NCBI GenBank assembly: GCA_037379345.1
Contig: CM074516.1
Location: forward strand, 43,127,626-43,191,625
Source of the DNA: Perna viridis
Lineage: Eukaryota
DNA: 64,000 bases
Direction of reading: 5' to 3'
Position 1 is the stretch's first letter. Every line of letters starts with the position of its first letter. Of this stretch, positions 1 through 12,869 are shown piece after piece. Below the pieces are notes generated by a model, which was not told the origin of the DNA, did not search any database, and saw only the letters and a list, made by a program, of their open reading frames with translations. The position numbers and the translations under genes were made by a program.

Positions 1-1199
1 TGACCATTAAACTTTAAATCAAATTTTTGTTTTTTGTTTTGCTTATTTATCTCTGATAATATAAATTTGTAATGAAGCATACTGGTTACCATCAAACTGT
101 CACAACAAATTTCAATATAATAATTTGTTTTGTTTTACAATAAAATGTGTAAGGAAATGTTTTCACATTTTCCTGAAACTTTTTAAATTTGGTCTGATGT
201 GTAGTAAATATGCCTTTTATATGGTCTGTTTTTTTTTTTTTTTAAATCACTAAATGATGACAGTACAACAAAAGCAGCATTCACATAAAAGTTTTATTAA
301 AAATCTAGGACAACATGCATATTTCCTGGTATTGCACATATATAATAAATATTATATCACGATTATAAGTACATGTTTCTTCTGAAAAGTTTACACTTAG
401 AGAATATACATGCAAGAACACCAGTAATAACTCAAAATGGAATGCAGTCAAGATTGCCATCAATAGTTCAAGGAACAACTGATGATTGAAAATGAAAAAT
501 CAATTAATAATTTTATTTGGAAAGCATATATTAAAGGTTACCAGCTTTAAAAATTGTCATGAATATGATGCTGTGTTTCCCAGGTTAAAATTTGTCTATC
601 TCTGATTTTCAGAAATTGATGCTTTGTTTTTAGCCTAAAGAAAGTTTGAACTGGATGTATAATGAAATGTTACTATTATAAAAGTGAGACTTTGAACATG
701 ATGCTGAGGACTGAACAGAAATATGGATTGTCAGTATCAAATGAGGACCTTGATGCTTATTTTCCCTATTTCCATGTCTGTTTATATAATGCCTGTTGTA
801 TGGCTAATTTGTTATTGACTATCTTGATGATATTTGACCCAGGATTAATTCGTTATATTTCTATTACATCAACTGATCTACTGTTCATTAACCAGCCAAT
901 GCTATGTGAACCATTATTATGGCATAAGAAGTAAACTTATAAGATAAAATACACAAATAAAATGTTTCTTTGGACTTTGAACTCCTTTTTAACATAAGAA
1001 ACAAAATGAACTTGTATTAATATGTTTCAAAGGACTACCACCTGATTTGTATTGATACAGTTAGACAGCTTGCTAAAGGAGGGAACATATGTAGGCTGTG
1101 TAAAAAAAAAATGTTTCTGTCTTAGACCTTTCATCTAAATGTTAAGTACAGCATGCAGTACTTTTGAATGAAACAGTGGCAACATCCATATTACAAATA

Positions 1200-1730
1200 C
1201 ATTATAATTTGAAGTTACCATCAAATATCTCTCACAAATTTCATCCTGATGTATGAAAAACTTTCATAATTGCAAACTTTTTGTAATTTACTCTATTTCA
1301 AATGAATGTCAAAACAACTGATACGATGATCACCTCATCATGGTCCATTCAATCCTGATGTTGTACAATAACTTAAGACGTGATGCATTTTGCAATAAAA
1401 TATAAAAATTTAAAATTCATTTTCTTAAACGTCAGTTGAAAGAAATTGCCGGAGAGTATTCTTTACATCATCATCTTTAAAATACATACAAGAGGCCTGT
1501 AATTTACAAGACATATTGCTAGGAAGTCCAAGTTCGGATAAAATCCATTACATTTCATGTAAGACTTCTTCCATTTTCATGAACAATATGACAATGAAAT
1601 GAATTTCTGGGAGAAAATAACATCCAATCTTCAACATATAAATATAAGAGGCTTGTAGTTTACAAGACCAGTTGCCAGAAAGTCCAAGTTTGGTTAAAAT
1701 CCATTTCTCTTCCTGGAAAACTTCATCAAA
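1200..1730. repeat. Degenerate tandem-core interspersed repeat (~156-bp period), bivalve HINE/Helentron-like
   Basis: 1490-1550 and 1646-1706 are near-identical copies (aagaggcYtgtaRtttacaagac...aagtccaagttYggWtaaaatccatt); family assignment is inference. Confidence 0.5.
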
Positions 1731-2799
1731 ATAATAATTTCATCTAGCATTAGTCCAATGGTTAACTATTAATTTTGTGCATGCTAAAAAAAGATCAAAA
1801 TTACCCTAACATTAGCACAATGTCACATATAAATAACATTTTTATTTTCAAAATAAATTTAAATCTCATATTTGTATTTTGGATCTATCTACCTAGCAAA
1901 AAAGATAATATACGATTGAAATCCAAGGGAGGTAACTTAGTGTCCACGTTTTCATAAAAAAATAACAAAAATTCTATACCATGCAGTTAACATCACCATA
2001 ACACAAAGGGGCAAATCCAGAAATTGTGAAAAAAGGGGGAACTGACCAGCCTAATAGGTGGGGAGGCAATCCAGTGCTTTTTTTGTATAATTAACCAAAC
2101 ATAAAGGAAAGGGGGTTCATTGGGCATATTAACTAATAAATTCACATCTCTTCAACTTTGTTCTACATTATTCTGCAGCATTTGATTTAACTCCAATCAA
2201 ACATTAGTATCAAACAATGGATGTGCACTTTCTCCTTTGAAATACTGAAATAAATACAATACTGTAAAATCCATGCACACTAAGAGGTTTGTAAACAAAA
2301 TACCTAATAAAAATAAAACTGGAATGACTATACACGAGGTACTGTTACACACATCCAATACTCATACAACAAAGATAATTCAGATCTAGCCACTACTTCT
2401 ACCAGCAGATTTCATACAGTTACCACAAAATTTATCCACTTAACTTCAGACATAACACTGTGTACAAGCTTAGTTTTGTCTTCCATGTAAATTAAATATT
2501 GGTAATAATATTTGTATTCTGTTTATTTGGCACTGCAGTAGGTTTACTCTCTTCTAGGAGAATCACAATTTGATCAGATCATAACTGCTAATTTAAAAAA
2601 GATAATTATACATTTTAGATGCAATGTATTTTGAAGTATTGTATCAAAATAGAAAAAAAACATCAATACAGTTTAGATTTGACTGTTACACTTCATATAC
2701 TTTTAGTTTGTATATCATGCACAGAACTAAAAGTTTTTTTTTTATACCATAACAGTGAAGCACAGTAAGTTATGAATTTGACATTTAACAATGATATCT

Positions 2800-2961
2800 C
2801 TAGTTTAACATGGAATGTCTATCATAAATATTCTTCCTCTGTTCCTGAACTGTGCCTTTCCATCGCTTCTGTTCATCTGACACACGGTTGATGATGGACC
2901 TCTGACGTGTTAGGTCAGGCCTGGATACCACAGGGGCAGTGGATGTCACTGAATGCTCATC
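2800..2961 (-). CDS. TMEM9: TMEM9 terminal coding exon
   Basis: TTTTACAG acceptor; DEHSVTST...RWKGTVQEQRKNIYDRHSMLN*. Confidence 0.93.
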   Translation of the reverse strand, partial: DEHSVTSTAPVVSRPDLTRQRSIINRVSDEQKRWKGTVQEQRKNIYDRHSMLN

Positions 2962-5900
2962 CTGTAAAATAAAATTACAGGAAAAAATCACATATTAAGT
3001 ATAAAAAAAGTTCTCAGATGAGTTGTTCTGTATGTTCTAATAACTGTTTCTGATACCTTAAGTTCTGCTGAAGTCAAAATCTAGGACATTCGTTGTCAAA
3101 ATAATTTTAGTCAAGATGTTAAGAATGCAATTATTATGTTCCTGAAAACTTTACTTAATGCTTCATATACATTATTCTACAAATATGCATGTTTCCTTCC
3201 GTTACAAAATATATTACTACTGCAGTGTTTTGCTAACAACAGTCTGAAGTGTTAACATCAAATTTTAAAATAGACGTACAGATTAACCAGAACAGACTTT
3301 TGTTCGGAAAAGCAAATATGTTGTAGCCTAAATATCTAGTGCAGTGCAAGCTAGTGACAAATTGCTAGATTTGTATGAAATTTTGATATTTTATGTTAAT
3401 TGGTGTTGGTACTTCACTGGATCTTAGCATTAAATATAGTAATTCATCTAAATTAAAAGTAATCACATTTTTTTAAAGAAAATTAATACCATCTTGCACT
3501 GCATAATACATTTTGGAACAATTTATATGAATTTCAGACTTCAAACCTTGTTTTTGACAGCTGTAGATTTATTCTAAAATATGTTGTTTATATTTTTGTT
3601 TTTAATGTTATATAAAAGTTGTAAAACATTTGTTCCTAAGTTTGACTTGTGCTTGTGTATTATATACATATAAAGATGCATTTAGCAATGTTTCAGTAGT
3701 AAATTTAACGTGTTATTTAAACTAAGAATGAAAACATTTCATTACAGATTATCCTAGATATTGACTTTGGCTGAACCTTAAAACATTGCACATACCAATC
3801 ATCTAAGGAATACTATCTAGATAATTTACACTACACTGAATATTTCTTTCTTTTTCTGGTGGATAAAAGTATGATAGATTTGGCATAGTGAGTCTTATGT
3901 GACAACCACACAAGTAATCATATATGTATACTGTGAAGGTACTTTTATTTGTGAATATCGATTTTCATGGATCATAGGTTCATGGATTCTCATATTTGTG
4001 GTTTGACATTTCCCACAGTTAAAAAAAAAACAAAAACAAAAAACACAAAATATGTTTTTTTTTGTCAGGAATTTAATTACATTGTTTAAGTTTACCACGA
4101 AATCTACAAAAATTTGTATCCCACTTTCTTAGTTTTAATAAAAACAAACATGGTAAAAAAAGCACTGTCTAGTTTTCATCACGGAGTAACTTCATTAGCT
4201 CTTTTCAGCCGCTATAAAATCAATTCTAAATTGTACAAAATACATTAACACAAGTTATATAGGGATATATAAAAGAACAGAATGGGACAAAACAACCGAT
4301 ATACTTATTTTGGTGAAGACATTCTTTTAAGGAAAAAAAACAAAAAGTTAATGCCACACAGCTAAGAGTTTATCTTAAAAAATATAATTTTAAAGTACTG
4401 ACTAGGTACTTCATACTTTCACATCTATAAATTGAAAATGCAACCATCTGTAACTCTTTGTTTAACATTACTACAAAGTCAATGACAGATTCAGAAAACA
4501 CCAGCCATTTTATTAGACCATATTATGGGACAAAAAATATACATGATATGTGTAAAAATCTAGGTCAGTCAGATGGTAAAAAATGACTGCTGTTGTTCAA
4601 GAAATAAGTGGTGTGTATCATGAATAACAGGGTTTGTGTTATTGATTAGTAACTTGATAAGTACATATTGTATTTTAAACATATTTCTGTAATGTTGATT
4701 TTTTGTGCATCAAATTCACTGTAGGTTTGGAATCATTTAAAAAAAATAGGTCACCAAAAAGGCAGACAACAGATAAATCACAACAGGAAAATACAATCTT
4801 TTGTGTTGTGAAAAATAAATTTGCTTTGATTGACTTGATATTGTTTTTGACAAGTGTACTGAATTTCTATCTCTATACCCAAAGGAATTTTACCAGACTG
4901 AACAGCAATACTTTTCAAATAACAGCTAGTAAGTTACAGCAGATATATAACTACTTCTAATTTGTACATACATATTGTTAGTCATCATTAAGTCACATCA
5001 ATGTTAACTAAAATGAGTGAGACCATTGAATATTGTTGACTAATCATGAGAAAAAGGGCAATGATAGAGGAAATGTTGTTGATAAATCATGAGAAAGTGG
5101 GCAATGGTAGAGGAAATGTTGTTGACAAATCAGGAGAAAGTGGGCAATGACCGAGAAAATGTTGTTGACAAATCAAGAGAAAGTGGGCAATGACCGAGGA
5201 AATGTTGTTGACTAATCAGGAGAAAAAGGGCAATGATAGAGGAAATGTTGTTGACAAATCAAGAGAAAGTGGGCAGTGACCGAGGCAATGTTGTTGACTA
5301 ATCAGGAGAAAAAGGGCAATGATAGAGGAATGTTGTTGACAAATCAGGAGAAAGTGGGCAATGATTGAGGAAATGTTGATAAATCAAGAGAAAGTGGGTT
5401 ATGATACAGGAAATGTTGTGGATTAATCAGAAGAAAGTAGGCAATGATAGAGGAAATGTTGTGGTACAGTATACAATGGATGTTTAGACAGGGCAGACAA
5501 AGTTTAAACATAAATGTGTACAATACATCATTTTATGAGGGCTTTCTGAGAGTAACAGATAAATATTTGGTGCTAATTTTTATTAGTAAGCCATGTCACG
5601 CCAACATAGTTATCAATTGAATTTCCATTATCAGAACAAAAAATGATCTTCAGCATTCCCATTCATTTACAGAGGATATTACATGTTTGTTGACACTAGA
5701 ATCACTGCTTAAATGCTATTCAAATTGAAATGAATTCAATAAACCTTTTCAATGGTTTGCTCGTAGTTAATTTCATCATCATGCTAGAGAATTATTGCAG
5801 TATTAATTTTGGACTAGTTCCTCTTTCAAATACAAGTGCATGTAGCTAATAGCAAATTATAAACTGTTATATATATAATCTAATTTTACACAAATATATA

Positions 5901-8900
5901 AATATATAATGTATATTTCTGATTACAAGCTAAAATCATACTATGTCATTACTAGTTTGTTTTTTTTTAACTCCAAGCAATAGATTTGTAAGCAAACAAG
6001 TACTTTAAGTAAACCAATTTTTTAAACTTTGTAAGCTAACCTTATTCAAACTAATATAACATCTCTTAGGATTTAAAGGAAAAACCAAAAACACATAGAT
6101 AAGGTTTTATTACTAATTACTGATCATGAAATTATATGAGTAGATTTAGGAAGGAGTGGTTTTAGTCATTCCTCGAATCATAAAGGTAATAAAATCTAAA
6201 TCTAGCTGTAGAAAGTGTAGAAATTAAGAATTAGCAGAAAAAAATCAATTTCTTACATGAATTTGTAGAAAACTTGAAAAAACTTGTGGAAATTCAATCA
6301 CCATCTAATAGTTTAATAATTGTATGAAGATATAACCTGAGAATGGAAGGAGGAATCACACAAAGTTTTGTGACAGTGCAAGGTGTTGATAACTATTAAT
6401 TACAGAGATAAAGACTACAGTCAAAAGCCACATACCGTATCCTCTTCTTCTTGGTGTATTATGTACTGTATATCATCAGGCTTCCGACAAAATCATACCA
6501 TTCAGTTTTATTTAATGTCATTTTAGATAGAGAAGGGATCAACAGATTTTTTTACCTATAGGATAAGTCTTTCAAAATTGTATTTGAATAAAAGGAGGAA
6601 AATGTAAAGAAATATTTAAAGAGATGTTCATTAGATCTCATGATTTATTGCAACATTCAATATTTTAATGTGACTTAGTTTTTTTCTTTACTTATAATGT
6701 TCCATAGAAACCCTACACAGCAAACTGAAGTTATTAGTGATATCAATCTCTAAATACTGCTGTTGCATTAATACACAAAAACTTATTCCAATTTAGAGCA
6801 TTTTACTGGTTTAAAAATAACAAATATGTAGGACTCACAAACATGTCTGGTTCCACAAACATGTCCGATTTCACATACATATAATACGTCAAATTACCAC
6901 AAACGTCGACTTCTTTGTCATGATATTTAAGCTACAAGTCAACACTGTTGGTTGTTCAGACAGCTGAGGGGTTCTAGTGTTCATGACTATGGTACAAAGT
7001 TCAGCAAAGCGGCTGTGATGCGATAAACATTCCATCATCCTTATGAGCTTGGATGTAGGGTTTAGTTGAAGAGCGATAATATCAATGAGAACCAGTATGT
7101 GTAATTGTGTTTTTATTATCATTATTTCTTTTTCCTTATCATACAACTCGAAATTATAGTTCATTGGTTGTCTCTGCATTTAAGGGATTTTCTTTTTTAA
7201 AATGAGAGAGGGTAAAATATTTAAGCCAGGAACCTGAGAAGAGTTCTAAGGGCCTGAATCAACCAACCAGGAACCTGAGAAGAGTTCTAAGGGCCTGAAC
7301 CAACCAACCAGGAACCTGAGAGGAGTTCTAAGGGCCTGAATCAACCAACAAAACAAACATATGAAAATCAAACACATAATCATTAACTAGTATCCACAAG
7401 TATGAAAGTGTATTAAGTATGTAAGTTCTGTGAGGAAAAACCTTGGAATACAAACTGTGATGTCTGGTTGTTTTCATATCCTCTGAGCCAGATATGCGCC
7501 AACAGACAACTTTAATGTAAAATTGATGTCTCTGTGACAATGTTTTTTTTAATTTTCTAGATCACATCCTTGTAAGTGTTTATGTTTTTCTTGGTTTCAA
7601 CAATTTAAAAGTTTTTGTATGTTGGTTTGTTAGTTGGTTTCCGTCCTTATACACATTTCAAGAAATGCAGCATGGTACAACTGCAGCAGAATGAACTCAG
7701 TTCACTGGGGCAAGTGTGGACACTATTTTAGTTTTTGATACACTACAACAAAGATTTACAGTTCATTATGGACACAACAACTGGTTTGAATCTAGTCTAA
7801 TGACAACACCTATCTTCTCCTTTAGGCCCTTATTTTCAAATTGGGTGAGACAACAACCATAAAAATATATAGAGCTTGTATAAACATGATGAATATGAAT
7901 CATGCATTTTTCTGGTCACACAGTGTCAAGGAAATATCATCTCTCTAAGCTCCAGAAAATTCATAAGACAAAGATAAACAGCTTTGTTTGATGTTTTGTA
8001 AATTGGATATGTTTGTGCAATCAAATAGGACACTTTTATGAGAGTGGCCACGTCATAGTAGGATGTAAAATGTTTTGCAATTTCCATGAGAATAATTGAT
8101 GTCATAATATGAAATGATTGTGAAATCGGACAACTTGTGAAACCGGACTTGCATCTGAGTCTTACAAATATACTTCTGTAAGACTTGGAATATTTAGAAG
8201 CATGTCAAGGTATATGTAACTGTTTACAAGTTATTTCCATAGCTTTTCCTTCAGTCAGTATTAGGATGACGACATTCCTAGCTTTCTGTGACATTACATT
8301 ATAAGCATTGTCAGTCTAACAATACAGTACTATACTAACAAGTCACAAACATCCATATTGTTCCATGCATATAATACACAAATAATAACAGAGGCTATAT
8401 CTGTCAAAAGATTTCAAAATATTATGCAAAACTTGTATACTTAAGTATTTGAAATATATTATATCTTTTTTGGCTGCAAGCCAAATTTGCATCATATTTT
8501 TGTAACAAAATGTTCTTACAATCATCTACATGCTCCAAATAAACAAGTTAAACAGTAATATGCCTGATGCCAAATTTGACTTTAATTTAAAATGTAGTAC
8601 ATGTAGCTGAGATAATTGAGAAAATTTTGGGGAGGATTCATTGATCAACTGACAAGGTGATTCAAATGAATTTAGATTCAACAAAATATTACACAGGACT
8701 AAACTATGGGAATATCTAATGAAGATTTTGTGAGTTACATTAAATTCCATTCAGTGGTGTAGGAAGTTTAACAGATAAAATAAGGTTACGCCTCTGCATA
8801 ACAGAAGTACTGAGGAACTACTGACACCCAAATCAGGGTACCCCCATTTTGCAAACAGGAGGTATAAAAAATATTGAAATTACTTTTTCTGTTTATATTT

Positions 8901-11900
8901 GTGTATTATACAAAAGACTATATAAAACAGGCTTTCCCCAAGCCCTAATGGTTACCAAATTCACCTCCTCACTGACGTGCTGTTGATAAGACGATGGTCG
9001 CCATGACACTAGATGATCCAATAAGAACAGGAATACCATATAAACAAACAGTAAAGACACCACACAAATGGTGAATATTACAACAACCTGTAAGAAACAT
9101 TGGTATATTTGATTCAGTTTGTATTAAATTTCAGTGATCAGATAAGGAATACTTAATGATTCATAGGTTACACAAAAAATAATATGAAATTCCCAAATTA
9201 ATACCACTAGTTCATCTAAGATCTTCCAGTACATAAACTCAAACTTAATCCTGTCTCCCCATAAAATTAAAATGTTACTCTATAAAGTAATATGATCTTT
9301 GAAATTATGTGTACAAACCATGAAACCAATGTTACTAATAATTAATGGTTTTATTTTCCTTTTAAAAATGTCTTGATTTACCTTTATGGTAGTTGTATTT
9401 CTACTTTCATACTTGCATTCACACTGTGGACAAAGCTTTGAAGAAGCGTCTTTCACCACTTCAACACATGTACTAAAACAGTCAGCAAAATTATTTCATG
9501 ATAAAGGCTGATATATAATCATCAAAGCAATACATGTACATCTATATTTTTCATCATATGTATCATCTGGACTTGACAATAAAATCCAACACTTTCTCTT
9601 TAAAATAAGCTAATCAGAAAGAATCCTACTCGGGGTGGATCCAGATACTTTGAAAAGAAGGGGTACCAGCCAGGGTTCCTCAGAAAAAGGGAGTGCTACA
9701 ACATCATTTACCATTTTTGTCAATTTTACACATGAAGACATCAAATTTCCAATAAAAAGGAGGGTTGCCAACCCCTGCAATCTCCTTGGATCCACCACTG
9801 CTACTGCAGAAATAAAAGAAAACAGCTTTTGAATGAAAAATATATTCAAATAAAATCACATTACATATTTCTTTAGTGAAATATAATAGAAAGTGCTGTA
9901 CCTACCACATGTTAGGGTTAACATTAGCACTGATGTAAACAGTGCGATCCTGTATCGTGTCATTTAGCTTTGGACAAACACATCTACACCTGACATCTTC
10001 AAAACTGGTCTCCTCAGAGGCTGCCTAAAAGGCGTCAACATAAATTTATTAACTGTAACACAATCGGTGACTTTTGTAAATTAATAATTTTTTGCATGTA
10101 GACAATGGTCAACCCAAGGCCTAATCTAGACATCAATTATAAGGAGAAGTATTAGTAAATTATGTTTGAAAAATTTCAATATTAACATTTTTGTCTATGT
10201 AATCTATTACAAAAACTCCATTTCAAAGACAAATAGGAGAAGTGAGCACAATCAAAGAGATGTTTTTAATCATTCTCTCTCTAGATAAGGCTTTGGCACA
10301 GTCAACCTAATTTTATATTTCTACAGGAAGAAGCAAGCAATAATGAATTTACTTAAAACTCTTTATAACAGACACAAAAATCTTGGATCTAAAAACAAAA
10401 GTTACAAATCATGAAATAATTAAAATCTACTTAAACCAACAAAATTATATGTCAATTTCCTGATACCCTACTTACCCTACTTTTTATGCCTACCCTAAGG
10501 CAGCAACTATTTAATTTTGGGGAAGGGGGGACAAAGAATTTTTTACCAAAAAGGTTGAATCTAAACATTTGGAGCAAGTATGGACAAACCATTCAAGCCC
10601 GACACAGCTCTCAATTTTTATTCCAATTAAATATTTGATACAGGATAAGAATTTGACCTGAACCAAAGTGACCCATTTAGGCCCTTATTCATACAATTGT
10701 TTTAATGGTTACAGTCACAACCCCTGAAATTCCTTCTGAGGCATGGCACTTTGTGGTACTGTCAGTACAGTTTCACAGAAATCCATTCATTTGTAGTCAA
10801 TTCATTGTCTGGACATTATAAAAATGCTTGTTTGTAACCCCTTTTTGACTCCTCATTCTAAATCAGTTAAAGTAAAAAGACCTAAAAAATCAATGCCAAA
10901 AACCTTTTGCAGTATGGCACCTAGTGCATAATTTCATTAAGACCCATTCAATTGTCTGGATATTATGAAAATGATCACATCTGAATGTCAGAACAATCTT
11001 AGAATATATGATAGCATTATATTTTCAGTCTTATAAAAACATACAAAATTGAATTTTGTTCCTAATCTATAAGATTCAGATATACAAAATGTAGCATGTG
11101 TTTTTCTTGCTCATAACAGTCATTGGTCATTGGACTGCCTATTCAGTTTTCTCAAGTTATCAATTAATCAAGGAGAAACAAATAAAGTTTAGAAAGAGAT
11201 ATATCATAACTGATCATCAACATAGTGGCACACCACTCTGAGACATACCTATTAACCTTATGGGTCCACTTTGCAAGTGAACTCCTGCAATTCATTTCAA
11301 CGCTGCAGGAGATTTTGCATGACAACAATTTCGACAAAATATTTTGTGTGCATCACACATGTATTTACATACATTGTATGTACTTTTTAAGGAATAGTGA
11401 TAACTTTTAAATCCTTATTTCGTCTCCATTCAGTTTGACAGCAATTAGTGGATGGGGAGTGTCTTTAGGCTAATCATTCACATATCTGAATAGCATCAAT
11501 AACTAATGGAATTGTGATGGCAACGCCTGAGTGGTCGCAGAAATATTATCAGCAAATGTACCACTATTCATGGGTTCATAAACTGTGATCATATTTAATA
11601 ACTTGTACAGTTTTCTATTTGTGTTATATACAAGTCGGGCTGCATATTTGATAGTAGGAGCAAGCTCCTGTGCTTAAAAATGGGCAGATTTTATGTTGGT
11701 CAGACACAGAACAAGTCACAGAAGTTATGATGTCTGTCAATGTCAATGCATTGCCTTTACCAGATGTTTAAAAAAATTTGTAATTAAATCTTGACGAAAA
11801 TGTAAATATCCAATGTGTCAAAAAGTACCTCTGTGCTGACACATGCAACGTTCTTAAAATTTTAGTTTCTATAAAGAAGGACCAGTGTGAATGGACATGT

Positions 11901-12724
11901 TTTACATGTGAGGAGAAATTGCCCAACCAAGACTCACTAGTTTGTGGTTGCTGTCTGGAATGGCAGCATTATCAGTTAAAATGTGCCAAAACAATTTCAC
12001 TGGATGTGCAAACTTCAGCTGACATTTTCATACCCATGGGGTTGTTATACACCTTACCTACATGTACAATGTACATGTATTCACGTTATATTTGTTTAAA
12101 ATTGTCTTTCAAGTTTGTTTAATGTGTATCTTGTCTTAATACTAAATGATTTTTAATCAATATTGGTTACATCAGGTAAGATTTATTAACTTTTATTGTT
12201 CTTATATCATTTTGTAAATATTTGTATAAAATGAATATCTCACAAAACTAACGTAAATGAAGGGTTTCTGTCACGATCGTGTATGTTATTGACTGAAACA
12301 AAATGTGTGGCGATTAGCCTGAAGAGGCTCCCCATCCTCAAATGTATGGACAAGCAGCCACTGCCTTTTCTAAACATGACCATTGAAATCACATAAAATT
12401 TCAAGTTGGTCCCTAATTTTCCTCTCATAGACTGATAGAGAAAACTTGACAAATATGTAGTTTCAAAGTTAACACTTAGTCCCTAGGTCAAGCGCAACAC
12501 ATACTGAAATGTGCATCGTTCCATGTTTTTGATCTAGTGAGTGGACCCCGCGATAAAATGGGAACAGAGTATACTGTAATCTGTATATCGTATATTGAAT
12601 TAACCTATTTATTATTAAGCTGTTGCTAATGTCACTATTATCTTTCTGAATTGACATATGAAATTACCTTTGCAGAGGATATAACTAAGATGAAACAGGC
12701 AATGATTACATTGAGATATCCCAT
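2800..12724 (-). CDS. TMEM9: TMEM9/TMEM9B-family single-pass endolysosomal membrane protein, spliced gene, 186 aa
   Basis: Exons 12668-12724, 9906-10024, 9382-9472, 8956-9087 and 2800-2961, all GT-AG with compatible phases (561 nt). Product: signal peptide MGYLNVIIACFILVISSAK, FEDVRCRCVCP, CPQCECKYESRNTTTIK, TM helix VVVIFTICVVSLLFVYMVFLFLL, C-terminus RWKGTVQEQRKNIYDRHSMLN. These match the TMEM9 signatures EDxRCKCICP, CECxYEERSTTTIK and RWKxQVQEQRKxxFDRHxML. Confidence 0.93.
3929..4125. mobile_element. Partial MITE of the TACTGTGAA...TTCACAGTA family
   Basis: Starts tactgtgaaggtact; interior resembles the reverse complement of 63900-63992. Confidence 0.5.
5031..5463. repeat. Minisatellite, ~43-bp unit, about 10 copies, in TMEM9 intron 4
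   Basis: Unit gttgttgacaaatcaggagaaagtgggcaatgatagaggaaat, head-to-tail with no spacers. Confidence 0.95.
6827..8166 (-). mobile_element. Internally deleted TIR DNA transposon (1.34 kb) with transposase 5' remnants
   Basis: Imperfect ~48-bp TIRs at 6827-6875 and 8119-8166 (TGTARGACTCA...GTCCGATTTCACA); AATA repeated on both flanks; broken minus-strand frames MEIAKHFTSYYDV... and LQLNPTSKLIR... Confidence 0.75.
7226..7348. repeat. 41-bp tandem repeat x3 inside the TIR element
   Basis: ccaggaacctgagaagagttctaagggcctgaatcaaccaa repeated three times. Confidence 0.95.
8956..9087 (-). CDS. TMEM9: TMEM9 exon 4 (transmembrane helix)
   Basis: VVVIFTICVVSLLFVYMVFLFLLDHLVSWRPSSYQQHVSEEVNL; an alternative in-frame donor would end the exon at 8965. 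Confidence 0.9.
9382..9472 (-). CDS. TMEM9: TMEM9 exon 3
   Basis: (C)TCVEVVKDASSKLCPQCECKYESRNTTTIK, AG/GT flanks. Confidence 0.92.
9630..9800. mobile_element. MITE with GGTGGATCCA...TGGATCCACC terminal inverted repeats
   Basis: Inverted ends at 9634-9643 and 9787-9796; related single ends near 2007 and 28065; no clear TSD. Confidence 0.6.
9906..10024 (-). CDS. TMEM9: TMEM9 exon 2
   Basis: AASEETSFEDVRCRCVCPKLNDTIQDRTVYISANVNPNM(C), AG/GT flanks. Confidence 0.92.
10565..11000 (+). repeat. Interspersed repeat with degenerate internal tandem units, homologous to 17200-17870
   Basis: gcaagtatggaca...cagct...tttga...ggataa...aatttgacc...cccttattc shared with 17222-17335. Confidence 0.65.
11600..12030 (+). 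pseudogene. Decayed C-terminus of a PHD-finger-bearing (ZSWIM/MULE-type) transposase
   Basis: Frame with stops and frameshifts: QILCW...LDENVNIQCVKKYLCADTCNVLKILVSIKKDQCEWTC/TCEEKLPNQDSLVCGCCLEWQH/PKQFHWMCK, with PHD-like Cys/His spacing. Confidence 0.55.
12668..12724 (-). CDS. TMEM9: TMEM9 first coding exon (signal peptide)
   Basis: ATG at 12724; MGYLNVIIACFILVISSAK; AAG|GTAATT donor, phase 0 into exon 2. Confidence 0.82.
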
Positions 12725-12869
12725 TGCTAAAAGCAGGAGACCTTCAATACATCAATTATTCTGCATTTTTATTATTATCGGAAATGATTTCTTGTGCTCA
12801 AGGGACGTAATTTAAAAAGCGATGTAGAAAATACCGAAAAATAGAGTAACGCACTAAAACGTTCTTTAA

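Noticed and set aside
662-934. Short ORF-track entries here and antisense to real exons (e.g. 20361-20687, 56730-57032)
   Set aside because: No homology motifs or splice context; these are expected chance or shadow ORFs.
5031-5463. CRISPR-like array
   Set aside because: Units are contiguous with no unique spacers, there are no cas genes, and the context is a eukaryotic intron.
7226-7348. Coding repeat or CRISPR-like array
   Set aside because: The 41-bp unit is not a multiple of three and has no spacers; it is a simple tandem expansion inside a transposon.
11630-11700. Ulp1 protease motif (which would suggest Ginger1)
   Set aside because: Resemblance of DSRSKLLCLKM to the Ulp1 catalytic Cys motif is weak; another frame (QILCW...LDENVNI) links better to the downstream PHD.
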